Positions 48,225 to 58,452 of a stretch of 64,000 nt of DNA are shown piece by piece. Position 1 is the first letter of the stretch, and every line of letters starts with the position of its first letter. Position numbers and translations under genes: made by a program. The stretch spans positions 581 to 64,580 of the forward strand of contig JAWLCS010000014.1 of the NCBI GenBank assembly GCA_041687035.1. The letters are read 5' to 3'. The notes beneath the pieces were generated by a model. The model saw only the letters and a list, made by a program, of their open reading frames with translations. It made no database searches and had not been told where the DNA came from. This stretch comes from Bacteroidales bacterium (GTDB lineage: Bacteria; Bacteroidota; Bacteroidia; Bacteroidales; UBA7960).

Positions 48225-49574
48225 CTAAAACCTCTTTCTGATCTCGGCGGTTTCTTTTTCAAAGCCCGGTTTTTCGAGCAATGCAAACATGTTTTTCTTA
48301 TAGGCTTCCACGCCGGGCTGGTCGAAGGGATTCACTTCCAGGATATAACCACTAATGGCACAAGCCATTTCGAAGAAATAGAGGAGCTCACCCAGGTGAT
48401 GGGCGTCGAGCCTCGGAATAATCACTTCCAGGTTGGGAACTTCTCCATCCACATGGGCAATCATGGTGCCTAATCTAGCCATACGGTTTACCTCACCAAT
48501 ACGCTTTCCGGCAATAAAATTAAGACCATCCAAATCGTCAGCATCATCAGGAATTTCAAGTTTCTGATGGGCAGCCTCAACGGTCAGCACGGTCTCAAAA
48601 AGATTGCGCAAACCATCCTGAATGTACTGGCCCATGGAGTGAAGGTCGGTGGTAAAGCCCACCCCTGCCGGGAAAATGCCTTTCTGCTCCTTTCCCTCGC
48701 TTTCGCCGAAAAGTTGTTTCCACCATTCCACCACGAAACTGAGTGAAGGGTTGTAGCTGGCCAGTATCTCGGTGGTTTTTCCCTTACGGTAAAGGATGTT
48801 GCGTGCAATGGCATACAGGGCGGCCGGATTGTGGTCGAAGCGGTCTTCCTTTCTCAGGAAGTCTTCCATGGCTTTTGCACCCGCCACCAGTTGCCTAATG
48901 TCGATACCTGCCACGGCAATGGGCAGCAGCCCCACCGGGGTAAGCACTGAGAAGCGTCCGCCCACATCATCGGGTATCACATAGGTTGCATAGCCTTTGG
49001 CGGTGGCCAGCTTTTTCAGTGCACCTTTTGAGGCATCGGTCACGGCAAAAATTCTCTGGGCCGCAGCCGCTTCGCCATATTTTTTTTCGAGGTGACTTTT
49101 GAGCAGACGAAAGGCTACTGCCGGCTCAGTGGTGGTGCCCGACTTGCTGATAACAATTACAGAGTAATCTTTTTGGTCGAGCAAGCGGAGCAAGTGAACC
49201 ATGTAGTCTTCATCGAGCTGGTGCCCGGCGTAAACTACCAGCGGAGCCTTGCGCTCCTGCTTGTTTTGCAGGGTAGAAAAAGGGCTGTTCAGGGCATCGA
49301 TCACGGCCCGTGCGCCCAGGTAAGAACCTCCAATGCCGCAAACCACAACCAGCTCCGACTGTTCCTGCATTTTTCGGGCGTCGGCCTCAATCTGGGCCAT
49401 CAGGTCGGTAGTTATGGAAGAGGGCAGGTCGACCCAGCCAAGGAAATCGTTGCCGGCACCCGTCTTGTTGTAAATATTTGTGCGGTGCAGTTCAATCTCT
49501 GATTCAAAAAGTGCGATTTCATTTTTGCTGATAAAGTCGCTGGCTTTTCCCAGGTTAAATTTTAATCCGGTCAT
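48225..49574 (-). CDS. pgi: Glucose-6-phosphate isomerase
   Basis: GIGGSYLG, SKSGTTTE, and GGRFSVL motifs. It is about 449 aa, the short form typical of Bacteroidota and Firmicutes. Confidence 0.92.
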   Translation of the reverse strand: MTGLKFNLGKASDFISKNEIALFESEIELHRTNIYNKTGAGNDFLGWVDLPSSITTDLMAQIEADARKMQEQSELVVVCGIGGSYLGARAVIDALNSPFSTLQNKQERKAPLVVYAGHQLDEDYMVHLLRLLDQKDYSVIVISKSGTTTEPAVAFRLLKSHLEKKYGEAAAAQRIFAVTDASKGALKKLATAKGYATYVIPDDVGGRFSVLTPVGLLPIAVAGIDIRQLVAGAKAMEDFLRKEDRFDHNPAALYAIARNILYRKGKTTEILASYNPSLSFVVEWWKQLFGESEGKEQKGIFPAGVGFTTDLHSMGQYIQDGLRNLFETVLTVEAAHQKLEIPDDADDLDGLNFIAGKRIGEVNRMARLGTMIAHVDGEVPNLEVIIPRLDAHHLGELLYFFEMACAISGYILEVNPFDQPGVEAYKKNMFALLEKPGFEKETAEIRKRF

Positions 49575-49619
49575 GACAAAAAATTTTGTTGAATTTATAA
49601 AAAATTCCCCGAAAGGGCA

Positions 49620-49660
49620 TAAAAAAACACGGCAACCTGCGTAAAAACCGGCAGCCGTGT
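49620..49660 (-). terminator. Rho-independent terminator of the rimP-nusA-infB operon
   Basis: Minus strand: ACACGGC..(CTGC/GCAG inner pairs)..GCCGTGT followed by TTTTTTT, 18 nt after the infB stop. Confidence 0.6.
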
Positions 49661-49677
49661 TTTACAGCATTCATATA

Positions 49678-52593
49678 TTAGCTCAGTTTTCTGGCGATTT
49701 CAACCACCTCGAAGGCTTCGATAATGTCGCCCACCTTCAGGTCGTTGAAGCGGTCAATGTTGAGGCCACATTCGTAGCCTGCGGAGACTTCCTTCACATC
49801 ATCCTTGAAGCGCTTGAGCGAACCGAGGTTTCCGGTATAGACCACGATGCCGTCGCGAATAAGACGGATGGTGGAGTTGCGATGGATCTTTCCATCGAGC
49901 ACCATACAACCGGCAACGGTACCAACCTTGGTAATCTTGAACACATCCCTTACTTCGAGGTTTGCAATGATCTTTTCTTCAATTTCGGGCGAGAGCATAC
50001 CCTCGATGGCCGATTTGATTTCGTTAATGGCATTGTAAATTACGCTGTAGAGCCTGATGTCGATCTGCTCCTGTTCGGCCAATTTGCGGGCGGCCATCGA
50101 AGGCCTTACCTGGAAGCCGATGATCACAGCATTGGAGGCTGAGGCCAGCAGCACGTCGCCTTCGGTGATCGGACCAACCGCTTTGTGAATGATATTGACC
50201 TGCACCTCTTCGGTGGTGAGTTTGAGCAGTGAGTCGGCCAGTGCTTCCACCGATCCGTCCACGTCGCCTTTCACGATAATGTTGAGTTCCTTGAAGTCGC
50301 CAATGGCGATACGGCGTCCGATCTCGTCGAGGGTAATATGTTTTTGTGTACGCAGGCCTTGTTCGCGATAAATCTGGTGGCGCTTGTTGGTAACCGATTT
50401 TGCCTCGCTCTCGTTTTCCATCACGTGGAAGGTATCGCCGGCCTGGGGAGCGCCATCGAGGCCAAGGATCAGCACGGGGCTTGCGGGGCCGGCCTCATTG
50501 ATACGAGCGCCACGTTCGTTGAACATGGCTTTGATCTTTCCGTGGTGCACGCCAGCCACCACAATATCGCCAACCTTCATGGAACCATTCTGCACCAGTA
50601 CGGTGGCCAGATAGCCACGGCCCTTGTCGAGCGAAGACTCAATTACAGTTCCTGAAGCCCTGCGGGAAGGGTTGGCTTTAAGGTCGAGCAGCTCGGCCTC
50701 CAGCAATACTTTCTCGAGCAACAGATCCACGTTTGTCCCTGACTTGGCAGAGATTTCCTGGCTCTGAAACTTTCCACCCCAGTCTTCAACCAGCACATTA
50801 AGTTTGGCCAGTTCTTCCTTTACCCTTTCAGGATTGGCAGCGGCCTTATCAATTTTGTTAATGGCAATCACAATGGGTACGTTGGCAGCCTGGGCGTGGT
50901 TAATGGCTTCCACGGTTTGGGGCATCACGTTATCGTCGGCGGCCACCACAATAATGGCTACGTCGGTAACCCTTGCACCGCGGGCACGCATAGCCGTAAA
51001 GGCTTCGTGGCCAGGGGTGTCGAGGAAGGTGATGGTTTTGCCCGAATCAAGTTCCACAGAATAGGCCCCGATATGCTGGGTAATGCCACCCGCTTCACCA
51101 CCAATCACATTGGTATGGCGAATACGGTCGAGCAGCGAGGTTTTTCCATGGTCGACGTGGCCCATAACGGTAACGATGGGTGCGCGCGGACGCAGGTCTT
51201 CTTCGCGGTCTTCCTCTTCTTCAATATCTTTTTGCTCGTCGAGGGCCACAAACTCCACATCGAAGCCAAACTCGCTGGCCACAATAGTTATGGTTTCGGC
51301 ATCGAGGCGCTGGTTTATGGATACGAACAATCCGAGGCTCATGCAAGTAGCTATGACCTCGTTGACGCTTACATTCATCATATTGGCCAGCTCTGAAGCC
51401 GGGATAAACTCAGTCACCTTCAGTACTGTTTCTTCAGAAGTCTCACGAGCAATTTCTTTCTCGCGCTTCTTCTCGAAGATGTCTCTTTTTGTGCGGCGAT
51501 GCTTCGATCCTTTGGATTTTCCACCACCACTGCTCAGGGCAGCGAGTGTTTCACGCACCTGGCGCTGAATTTCCTCATCAGAAACTTCGGGCTTGATATG
51601 GTCGCGCCGTGGCGGCCTCTTGGGTTTGCCCTGGTCGGTACGAGCACCCTTGTCGGTTTGGGTGGCACTCACATCCACCTCTCCGGTTTTTTCCTTTTTG
51701 TTGATGCGCTTGCGCTTGCGGCGCTTCGACTTGTTGGGATCGGAAGAGGATGCAACCGGTTTCTTGGCCGCTTCCTTGGGCTCGGGCAACTGAATAGTGC
51801 CCACAATGGTGGGGCCGGATAGCTTGGTTCGCTCGGGCTTATAAATTTCGCTCTTCTTTTCTTCGGGCTTCGCGGCAGGTGTTTCCTGTTCGGCAGGCTT
51901 TTCCTCTGCTGGCTGCACGGGCTTTTCTGCCTCAGGAGCTTTAACTTCGGCCTCTGGTTTAGCCGCTTCGGCGGGTTCTTCCTTTTTCTTGCTTTTCTTT
52001 TTGGCCGGCCTGGTGGCTTCCAGGTCCATTTTGCCAACCACCTTCAACCCGTTCTTTTCCTTCTGGTTCTCAGCGGGCTGCGGTTCCTCGGCAGGCGCCT
52101 CAGCCACAGGGGCTTCTTTTTCGACCGGTTTTTCAGCAGCAGGCTTTTCCCTTGGCTGCTCAGCGGGTTTCTCTTCAACAGGCTTCTTTTCCTCGAGTTT
52201 ACCCACCACCTTAGGTCCGGGAAGCTTCACTTCTTCCCTTACAGGCTGCGGCGCTGATACCGGCTTGTTATCCTTTATGAAAAGTTCCTTTTCTTCGGCT
52301 TCTTCTTTTGCTAAACCAGGCTTCTCAGCTTCACGGGCGCCTTTTGGCTCCTCAATGGAAACAGGCGTGCGAACAACAGACTGCAAACCTTTGCCAAGGG
52401 TATCTTCCTTAAGCTTTTTTTCTTGCTGGAATTCCTTATACAACAATTCATAGGCATTTTCCGAGATCTTTGTATTGGGGTTGTTCTCGACAGAAATGCC
52501 CTTTTTGCCCAGAAAATCGACAATGGTAGAAGTACCAATGTTAAATTCCTTTGCAACTTTACTCAAACGTTTTAATACAATACCTTCAGTCAT
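49678..52593 (-). CDS. infB: Translation initiation factor IF-2
   Basis: Lys/Glu/Pro/Ala-rich N-terminal region, then the GTPase ([23 protein letters not shown]) and a conserved C-terminus. Confidence 0.96.
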   Translation of the reverse strand: MTEGIVLKRLSKVAKEFNIGTSTIVDFLGKKGISVENNPNTKISENAYELLYKEFQQEKKLKEDTLGKGLQSVVRTPVSIEEPKGAREAEKPGLAKEEAEEKELFIKDNKPVSAPQPVREEVKLPGPKVVGKLEEKKPVEEKPAEQPREKPAAEKPVEKEAPVAEAPAEEPQPAENQKEKNGLKVVGKMDLEATRPAKKKSKKKEEPAEAAKPEAEVKAPEAEKPVQPAEEKPAEQETPAAKPEEKKSEIYKPERTKLSGPTIVGTIQLPEPKEAAKKPVASSSDPNKSKRRKRKRINKKEKTGEVDVSATQTDKGARTDQGKPKRPPRRDHIKPEVSDEEIQRQVRETLAALSSGGGKSKGSKHRRTKRDIFEKKREKEIARETSEETVLKVTEFIPASELANMMNVSVNEVIATCMSLGLFVSINQRLDAETITIVASEFGFDVEFVALDEQKDIEEEEDREEDLRPRAPIVTVMGHVDHGKTSLLDRIRHTNVIGGEAGGITQHIGAYSVELDSGKTITFLDTPGHEAFTAMRARGARVTDVAIIVVAADDNVMPQTVEAINHAQAANVPIVIAINKIDKAAANPERVKEELAKLNVLVEDWGGKFQSQEISAKSGTNVDLLLEKVLLEAELLDLKANPSRRASGTVIESSLDKGRGYLATVLVQNGSMKVGDIVVAGVHHGKIKAMFNERGARINEAGPASPVLILGLDGAPQAGDTFHVMENESEAKSVTNKRHQIYREQGLRTQKHITLDEIGRRIAIGDFKELNIIVKGDVDGSVEALADSLLKLTTEEVQVNIIHKAVGPITEGDVLLASASNAVIIGFQVRPSMAARKLAEQEQIDIRLYSVIYNAINEIKSAIEGMLSPEIEEKIIANLEVRDVFKITKVGTVAGCMVLDGKIHRNSTIRLIRDGIVVYTGNLGSLKRFKDDVKEVSAGYECGLNIDRFNDLKVGDIIEAFEVVEIARKLS

Positions 52594-52653
52594 ATTCAGG
52601 TTTAGGTTTTCAAAAAATCGAAGCCGGCGAAAAATCTTGCAAAATTACATAAT

Positions 52654-53895
52654 TTATTCGAACTCTGCCTTTAGTATCCGCATAACCTCCAGAATGGTTT
52701 CTTCTTCGAGGTCGGTGCGTTTCACCAGGTCTTCCACACTGAGGTTGAGCACGCTCTTGGCGGTGTCGCAACCAATATTCTTAAATTCGTTGATGACCCA
52801 CTGTTCAATTTCGTCAGTGAATTCCATCAGGTCCACATCTTCCGTTTCCACATCGGTGTCGCGGTACACATCAATTTCATATCCGGTAAGCAGGCCTGCC
52901 AACTTAATGTTAAAACCACCCTTGCCAATGGCCAGGGAAACCTGGTCGGGCTTAAGGAACACCTCGGCGCGCTTGTTCTTATCGTCCAGGGTAATGGAAT
53001 TGATCTTGGCGGGGCTCAGGGCGCGGGTAATGTAGAGGTTGGGGTTGGTGGTATAGTTGATCACATCGATGTTTTCGTTGCGCAACTCACGCACTATGCC
53101 ATGAATCCTGGAGCCTTTCATGCCCACACAAGCGCCTACCGGGTCGATGCGGTCGTCGTACGACTCAACGGAAACCTTGGCGCGTTCCCCGGGCACACGA
53201 ACGATCTTTTTTATGGTAATCAGTCCATCATACACTTCGGGTACTTCTTGCTCAAAGAGGCGCTCGAGGAATACGGGCGAAGTACGCGAAAGGATAATCA
53301 GGGGGTTGTTATTCTTGTTTTCTACACGCGAAACCACGGCACGCACTGAGTCGCCCTTGCGGAAAAAGTCGGAAGGGATCTGCTCGGTTTTAGGCAGTAT
53401 CAGTTCAATGCCTTCGTCGTCGAGGGCCAGAATTTCTTTTTTCCATACCTGGTAAACCTCGGCTGTGATCAGGTCGCCTACGCGCTCCATGTATTTTTTG
53501 TATACGCTGTCTTTTTCAAGCTCAAGAATTTTGGAGGCCAGGTTCTGGCGGATAGCCAGGATTTCGCGACGGCCAAAGTCAGCCATCTTAACAGGCTCTG
53601 AAACCTCTTCACCGATTTCGAAGTCAGGTTCAATTTTTATGGCTTCCGAGTATGCAATTTCGGCGCTGGGTTCTTCTACCTCCCCATCTTCGACAATTAC
53701 ACGGTTGTGCCACACCTCAAGGTCGCCCTTGTCGATGTTTACAATGATATCAAAATTATCAGCCGATCCATATTTTTTCATGAGCATGTTACGAAAAACA
53801 TCCTCGAGGATCAACATCATGGTAGAGCGGTCAATATTCTTAAATTCCTTAAACTCGGAAAACGACTCAACCAAATTAATACTTTCCATATTCAT
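52654..53895 (-). CDS. nusA: Transcription termination/antitermination factor NusA
   Basis: S1 and KH regions (RVPGERAKV...DPVGACVGMKGSRI) in a conserved operon context. Confidence 0.95.
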   Translation of the reverse strand: MNMESINLVESFSEFKEFKNIDRSTMMLILEDVFRNMLMKKYGSADNFDIIVNIDKGDLEVWHNRVIVEDGEVEEPSAEIAYSEAIKIEPDFEIGEEVSEPVKMADFGRREILAIRQNLASKILELEKDSVYKKYMERVGDLITAEVYQVWKKEILALDDEGIELILPKTEQIPSDFFRKGDSVRAVVSRVENKNNNPLIILSRTSPVFLERLFEQEVPEVYDGLITIKKIVRVPGERAKVSVESYDDRIDPVGACVGMKGSRIHGIVRELRNENIDVINYTTNPNLYITRALSPAKINSITLDDKNKRAEVFLKPDQVSLAIGKGGFNIKLAGLLTGYEIDVYRDTDVETEDVDLMEFTDEIEQWVINEFKNIGCDTAKSVLNLSVEDLVKRTDLEEETILEVMRILKAEFE

Positions 53896-53936
53896 ACTGT
53901 CAGTTACTTGTTATACCTGTGTTTTTTAAAACAGTC

Positions 53937-54401
53937 CTAGCTGAAAGAAACCTGAATCCTGGCTTCTTTAATATCGTTAAAGGCAAAAAAGACAAATTTG
54001 TCTTCTTCGGCTTGATCTTTTTTCTTCTTTTTTCCGGCACCTTCTTTTTCAATTTTAATGCCCTGATCGTTCACTTCCACAAGCTTCCCGCGGGTTTTCC
54101 TGAGGTCGTGCCCCAGCACCATAATGTTGCGGCCTAAATTAATGTGGTATTGCCGCAGCATTTTCAGGGGCGACCCCACGCCAACCGACGACACTTCCAT
54201 GTCGAAATCTTCCTTGTCGCGGTCGAAGAACTTTTGTATGTGCTTGCTGAGCAAGGCACAGTCGGCAATTTTGATGCCTTTTTCGCCATCGAGCAGCACC
54301 TGCACCCGATTTCCCGGCCGCACATTAACGCTTACCAGGAAGTTTTCTGAGCCTTCAAGGTATTCGTTAACAATGGCTTCAACTTTCTTTTGGTCAATCA
54401 T
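53937..54401 (-). CDS. rimP: Ribosome maturation factor RimP
   Basis: It holds the conserved position upstream of nusA and has EVSSVGVGSPL-like and LVEV motifs. The start is set at the ATG at 54401 (MIDQKK...). Confidence 0.85.
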   Translation of the reverse strand: MIDQKKVEAIVNEYLEGSENFLVSVNVRPGNRVQVLLDGEKGIKIADCALLSKHIQKFFDRDKEDFDMEVSSVGVGSPLKMLRQYHINLGRNIMVLGHDLRKTRGKLVEVNDQGIKIEKEGAGKKKKKDQAEEDKFVFFAFNDIKEARIQVSFS

Positions 54402-54472
54402 ATCAGTGGTACCCAATGAAAGAGGGGACTTAATTGCCCCCTCAACAAAATGGCGTTCTGCAATATTCTGCG

Positions 54473-54480
54473 CAAAAGTA
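54473..54480 (-). promoter_or_regulatory. Candidate -7 box (TACTTTTG) for the rimP-nusA-infB operon
   Basis: A TAnnTTTG match on the minus strand lies between the upstream terminator and rimP. A GAGGGG...CCCCTC hairpin lies in the resulting leader. Confidence 0.35.
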
Positions 54481-54500
54481 ATACTTTTTTCGCAATTAAT

Positions 54501-54551
54501 AAAAAAACATCCCTGTTTTTTAGCACATTAGGATGCATTGAAACAGGGATG
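54501..54551 (-). terminator. Rho-independent terminator after the DUF2723 gene
   Basis: Minus strand: CATCCCTGTTT ... AAACAGGGATG (11-bp stem) followed directly by TTTTTTT. Confidence 0.7.
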
Positions 54552-54574
54552 CCGGGGTCGTTTTGCGGCAGGGA

Positions 54575-57500
54575 TCAGAATCCCCTTAAGAAAAGCTGGT
54601 AGTGTGTGTCGAAGCTTTCTTTTGCCATCTCAGATATTTCGTTTTGATCGTAGGCGCTGGCCAGAAACTGTATGCGCTGCAACACGGCCAGGGCTTCCTG
54701 CTTGTTGCGCTCAAGGTAGCTGGCACGGGGGCCGGTTATTGAGAAGTAATACTCCAGGTCTTGCGAATACAGCTCGACCAGGCGCCGTGTAATGGCACCG
54801 GCTTTTTCGAGCTCATCGGCATAATAATAGGCTTCGGCCAGCAGCAAGTTGAAATAGTTGAAAGGCACTTGGTTTTCGGGCATCAGCTCCATGGCGCGGT
54901 CGAGCACGGCCACAGCCGAGTCGATCTTCTCTTCCTCGATCAGGGCATGTGCCAAACGTTGCATAATGTTGCGGAAGTTCACGGTAAGGCGGCGGTGGTC
55001 TTCGTTAAGGTACACCTTCGGGTCATTGATATTGCCCCACACAAACTTGTTCATTATGTTGTCGTAGAGTATGCGGGTGTTTATGCGCCCGGGCTGCCCT
55101 TCAATGTCGGGAGTGCGAATGGGCACCAGCCGGTAGGCCATGCCTTCGAGCTGGAAGTACTCTTCGAGGCCCATATAGGAATCACCGCCGGTGGTGATGG
55201 CAAAATAAACGGGGCGCTCCCAGTTGTTGGTGGCCAGAAAATCGAGCACCATCAAATGGTTTTTATTGAGGCCAAATTCGTCGATGGTCCATTCGATGGC
55301 GGGCACGATCAGGTGGGCATCTTCAGGCGCTACGGTGCCATTGGCAAGCACTTTGGCTGCATCGACCGGCAGGCGGAAATTCTTGGTAGGAATATAATCT
55401 TCATAACCGCGAGAGGTGCGCAGGCGGGTGCGCTGATCGTCATTGCCCACAAACTGCACAATGCTGCGCAAATCCTGATAGCCCGTGAGGTTTGGGTTTT
55501 CAACTATATACACAAAGTCGCGCGTGCCATCGCGATACTGATGTGGCTGCAGGCTGAAAGGCACCGGGTAGGCATCGTAAGTTTTGCGCCGCATCATATT
55601 GTTGATATACCAGTCGGTATTGAGCAAGCTCAGGTTCACCACCTTCACGTCGGTGCGTATGCCTTCCACCTCCTGCACATACCAGAGCGGGAAGGTATCG
55701 TTGTCGCCATTGGTAAAGATAATGGCGTTGGGCGCGCAGGAATTAAGGTAGTTGATGGCCACATCGCGGGTAAGGTAGCGGCCCGAACGGTCGTGGTCGT
55801 CCCAGTTATCCTTTGCCAGGAGTGCGGGTGCTGCCAGCAGGGCAATCACTATGGCCGAAATGCCTGCCAGCTGCCCATTCAGTTTTTTCGAAAGAAAGTT
55901 ATAGATGCTCAGCACCCCCAGTCCAATCCATATGGAGAAGGCATAAAACGAGCCTATATAGGAGTAGTCACGCTCGCGCGGCTGGTAGGGCGTTTGGTTC
56001 AGATAAATAACGATGGCCAGCCCCGTCATGAAAAACAGCAGTGCCACCACCAGGGTGTCATTGGGCCTGTGGCGCAGCTGAAACAACATGCCTATGATCC
56101 CCACCAGCAATGGCAGCATATAGTAGCGGTTGTAACCACGGTTTGTCGACATACTGTCTGGCAGATTATTCTGGGGGCCCAGGCGGGCAGCGTCGATAAA
56201 ATTGATTCCGCTCACCCAGTTGCCTTCCACCGGGCTGCCATGGCCCTGAATGTCGTTTTGCCTTCCGGCGAAATTCCAAAGGAAGTAACGCCAGTACATA
56301 TGTCCCAACTGGTAGGCAAAGAAAAACCTGAGGTTTTCACCAAAGGTGGGCTTATCGATCACTTCCACCTTGCCATCAGGACCTGTAAACCTTATAGGCC
56401 GGCCTTTTACGTTGCCCCAGTTTTTGTAACCGCTGACATGAATTTCGGGACGGCTGCTGTGCATCCTGGGAAAAACGGTGGTAAAGGCGGGATCATATAC
56501 CGGCTCCACTCCTGTTCGCGGGTTAATTACCTCGTAGCGCTTGGTTTCGCGGTTCTTGCCAAAAACGGGGCGTCCGTCGGTGGCATCGATCATGGGCGAG
56601 TTATAGTAGGGACCATGAACCAGCGGCCAGGATCCATACTGCTCGCGGCCCAGGTAAGCCTTCATGGCCAGGGCATCCTTGGGTGCGTTTTCATTAATGG
56701 GCACATGGGCGTTGGAACGTACCACCAGCATGAAAAAGGATGAATAGCCGATCACGATAAAAGTGAAGGCCAGAACAATGGTGTTTAATACCACCTTTTT
56801 GTGCTTATGGGTAAAATACAAACCAAAGATAATGCTGCCGATAAGGAAAATGAAAAAGGCCAGGGTGCCTGAATGAAAGGGCAACCTGAGGGTGTTCACA
56901 AAGAATTTTTCGAACCACCAGTCGATGGTGAGCAGCCCGGGGATCATTACGCTCATGATAAAGCCCAGCAGGGCTAACGAAATAATGCCGGTAATGATAA
57001 TGCCCTTGGGAGTGGGTTCGTATTTTTTAAAATAATAAACAAGCACTATGGCAGGAATGGCCAGCAGGTTTAGCATGTGCACCCCAATGGAAAGGCCAAT
57101 GATGTAGGCAATCAATACCAGCCACTTCAAGTTGTCTTTTTCGTGGGCGGAGGCTTCCCATTTAAGAATGGACCAGAAAACAAAGGCGGTGAGAAATAGT
57201 GAGGTAACGTACACTTCAGCTTCCACGGCAGTGAACCAGAAAGAATCGCTGAAAGTAAGGGCCATGGCACCTACAAAGCCGCTGCCAAAAATCGCAATGG
57301 CTTTGTCACGGGTTACTTCTCCGGTAGCAGCTACCAGTTTTTTCGCCAGAATGGTAATGGTGCGAAACAAGAAGCTAACTGTAAGGGCGCCAAAAAAAGC
57401 CGACATGGCATTGATCCAATAAGCCACCTTGGCAGTGTCGCCCAAAGAGAACAAAGAAAAGATGCGGGCCATCATTTGATACAAAGGGGCCCCTGGCGGG

Positions 57501-57655
57501 TGCATTACTTGTAATTTAAAGGACGCCGAGAGGCGCTCGCCGGCATCCCAGAAACTGGCCGTGGGCTCAACGGTCATCATAAATACGGTGGCTGCCACGG
57601 CAAACGCCGCCCAAGCCAGGTAGTTGTCGATCTTTTTGTACAACTTTTCGTCCAT
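54575..57655 (-). CDS. DUF2723 (TMEM260-like) large polytopic membrane protein with C-terminal soluble, TPR-like region
   Basis: The N-terminus reads ...VEPTASFWDAGE... and is followed by many TM helices, as is characteristic of DUF2723 glycosyltransferase-like proteins. About 1026 aa from the ATG at 57655. Confidence 0.8.
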   Translation of the reverse strand: MDEKLYKKIDNYLAWAAFAVAATVFMMTVEPTASFWDAGERLSASFKLQVMHPPGAPLYQMMARIFSLFSLGDTAKVAYWINAMSAFFGALTVSFLFRTITILAKKLVAATGEVTRDKAIAIFGSGFVGAMALTFSDSFWFTAVEAEVYVTSLFLTAFVFWSILKWEASAHEKDNLKWLVLIAYIIGLSIGVHMLNLLAIPAIVLVYYFKKYEPTPKGIIITGIISLALLGFIMSVMIPGLLTIDWWFEKFFVNTLRLPFHSGTLAFFIFLIGSIIFGLYFTHKHKKVVLNTIVLAFTFIVIGYSSFFMLVVRSNAHVPINENAPKDALAMKAYLGREQYGSWPLVHGPYYNSPMIDATDGRPVFGKNRETKRYEVINPRTGVEPVYDPAFTTVFPRMHSSRPEIHVSGYKNWGNVKGRPIRFTGPDGKVEVIDKPTFGENLRFFFAYQLGHMYWRYFLWNFAGRQNDIQGHGSPVEGNWVSGINFIDAARLGPQNNLPDSMSTNRGYNRYYMLPLLVGIIGMLFQLRHRPNDTLVVALLFFMTGLAIVIYLNQTPYQPRERDYSYIGSFYAFSIWIGLGVLSIYNFLSKKLNGQLAGISAIVIALLAAPALLAKDNWDDHDRSGRYLTRDVAINYLNSCAPNAIIFTNGDNDTFPLWYVQEVEGIRTDVKVVNLSLLNTDWYINNMMRRKTYDAYPVPFSLQPHQYRDGTRDFVYIVENPNLTGYQDLRSIVQFVGNDDQRTRLRTSRGYEDYIPTKNFRLPVDAAKVLANGTVAPEDAHLIVPAIEWTIDEFGLNKNHLMVLDFLATNNWERPVYFAITTGGDSYMGLEEYFQLEGMAYRLVPIRTPDIEGQPGRINTRILYDNIMNKFVWGNINDPKVYLNEDHRRLTVNFRNIMQRLAHALIEEEKIDSAVAVLDRAMELMPENQVPFNYFNLLLAEAYYYADELEKAGAITRRLVELYSQDLEYYFSITGPRASYLERNKQEALAVLQRIQFLASAYDQNEISEMAKESFDTHYQLFLRGF

Positions 57656-57871
57656 TGCTGTCAAGGGATTTTTGTGGTAAGATGACTAAACAGGCCAAAA
57701 GCAAACGCCCGTTTTTAAATCGCCTGCGAAGTTATGAAAAAACAAAGGAAAAAATCGGGTTTTTAACATTCATTCACAAACACCTAGATTACAGCGTTTA
57801 ACCTTTATTAATTCATTAAACGAAATGCCGGTTTGAATGGTATTGAAACGGATAATTTTTAAAAAAATAAT

Positions 57872-57901
57872 TGCCCGAAAAAAAAATAGTTTTATCTTTG
57901 C
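57872..57901 (+). promoter_or_regulatory. Candidate promoter for tRNA-Gln (-7 TATCTTTG)
   Basis: TAnnTTTG match at 57894-57901, 20 nt before the tRNA 5' end, with a TTG about 22 nt upstream. Confidence 0.4.
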
Positions 57902-57920
57902 AACCCGAAACCAAAAGTAT

Positions 57921-57991
57921 TGACCGATGGTGTAACGGTAGCACTGCAGATTTTGGTTCTGCCTGTTCAGGTTCGAATCCTGATCGGTCAA
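57921..57991 (+). tRNA. tRNA-Gln (anticodon UUG)
   Basis: Hand-folded cloverleaf. Acceptor TGACCGA/TCGGTCA (U1-A72). D stem GTGT/GCAC with a GG in the loop. Anticodon stem GCAGA/TCTGC with loop TT-TTG-GT. T arm TCAGG-TTCGAAT-CCTGA. No encoded CCA. Confidence 0.9.
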
Positions 57992-58001
57992 CAACACACT
58001 G

Positions 58002-58043
58002 AAACCGCCTTATTTTTCATAAATGAGGCGGTTTCTTTATTTC
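58002..58043 (+). terminator. Rho-independent terminator after tRNA-Gln
   Basis: AAACCGCCT ... AGGCGGTTT (9-bp stem) followed by CTTTATTT. Confidence 0.65.
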
Positions 58044-58452
58044 AAACCCTTTCCTCGCCTAAATTGCAATTTTTGCCAACAAAACACAAAAACACTATTG
58101 CAATTATCAAATATCTGTTTTAAATTTATAACCTTAAAAGGCTATGTTTTCTTTCCTCCCAGGAAAGGACCAGGTTTTTCTTCTTTTTTTATGACAAAAT
58201 AGGTCTGTTAGCCTTCTGACCGCCCCTCGTTTTACCCCCGGACCTCCCCCTACCCCGGGTAAAGGACACGGACCGCAAGGTCCCGGCATGCACTGCATGC
58301 ATACGTCTTTTTTTGTAAAGCCCTTTTAATTTAACATTTTCTGATTGCCAGGTTTCATGTCAAGGCTTATGGCCCTTGCTATGCAGCTGCAAGTGCATCC
58401 TCTTTTTCCGAAGAAATCACGATTCCCAATTCATCTTTTAAAACCAAAACCC

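Noticed and set aside
54761-56743. A 660-aa ORF on the plus strand, very long for an unannotated frame.
   Set aside because: It lies entirely antisense to the DUF2723 gene. Its translation is His/Gly/Val/Ala-rich with no recognisable motif, signal or start context. The opposite strand encodes a convincing polytopic membrane protein. The same reasoning applies to the other long antisense ORFs: 553-1455, 3506-4342, 22219-22848, 32633-33418, 33857-34762, 43950-44816 and 60777-61580.
57921-58452. An integrated element or prophage attachment site at tRNA-Gln.
   Set aside because: No integrase, excisionase or phage gene follows the tRNA within the window. I found no repeat of the tRNA 3' end downstream. 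Only the compositional mosaic is reported, as a separate finding.
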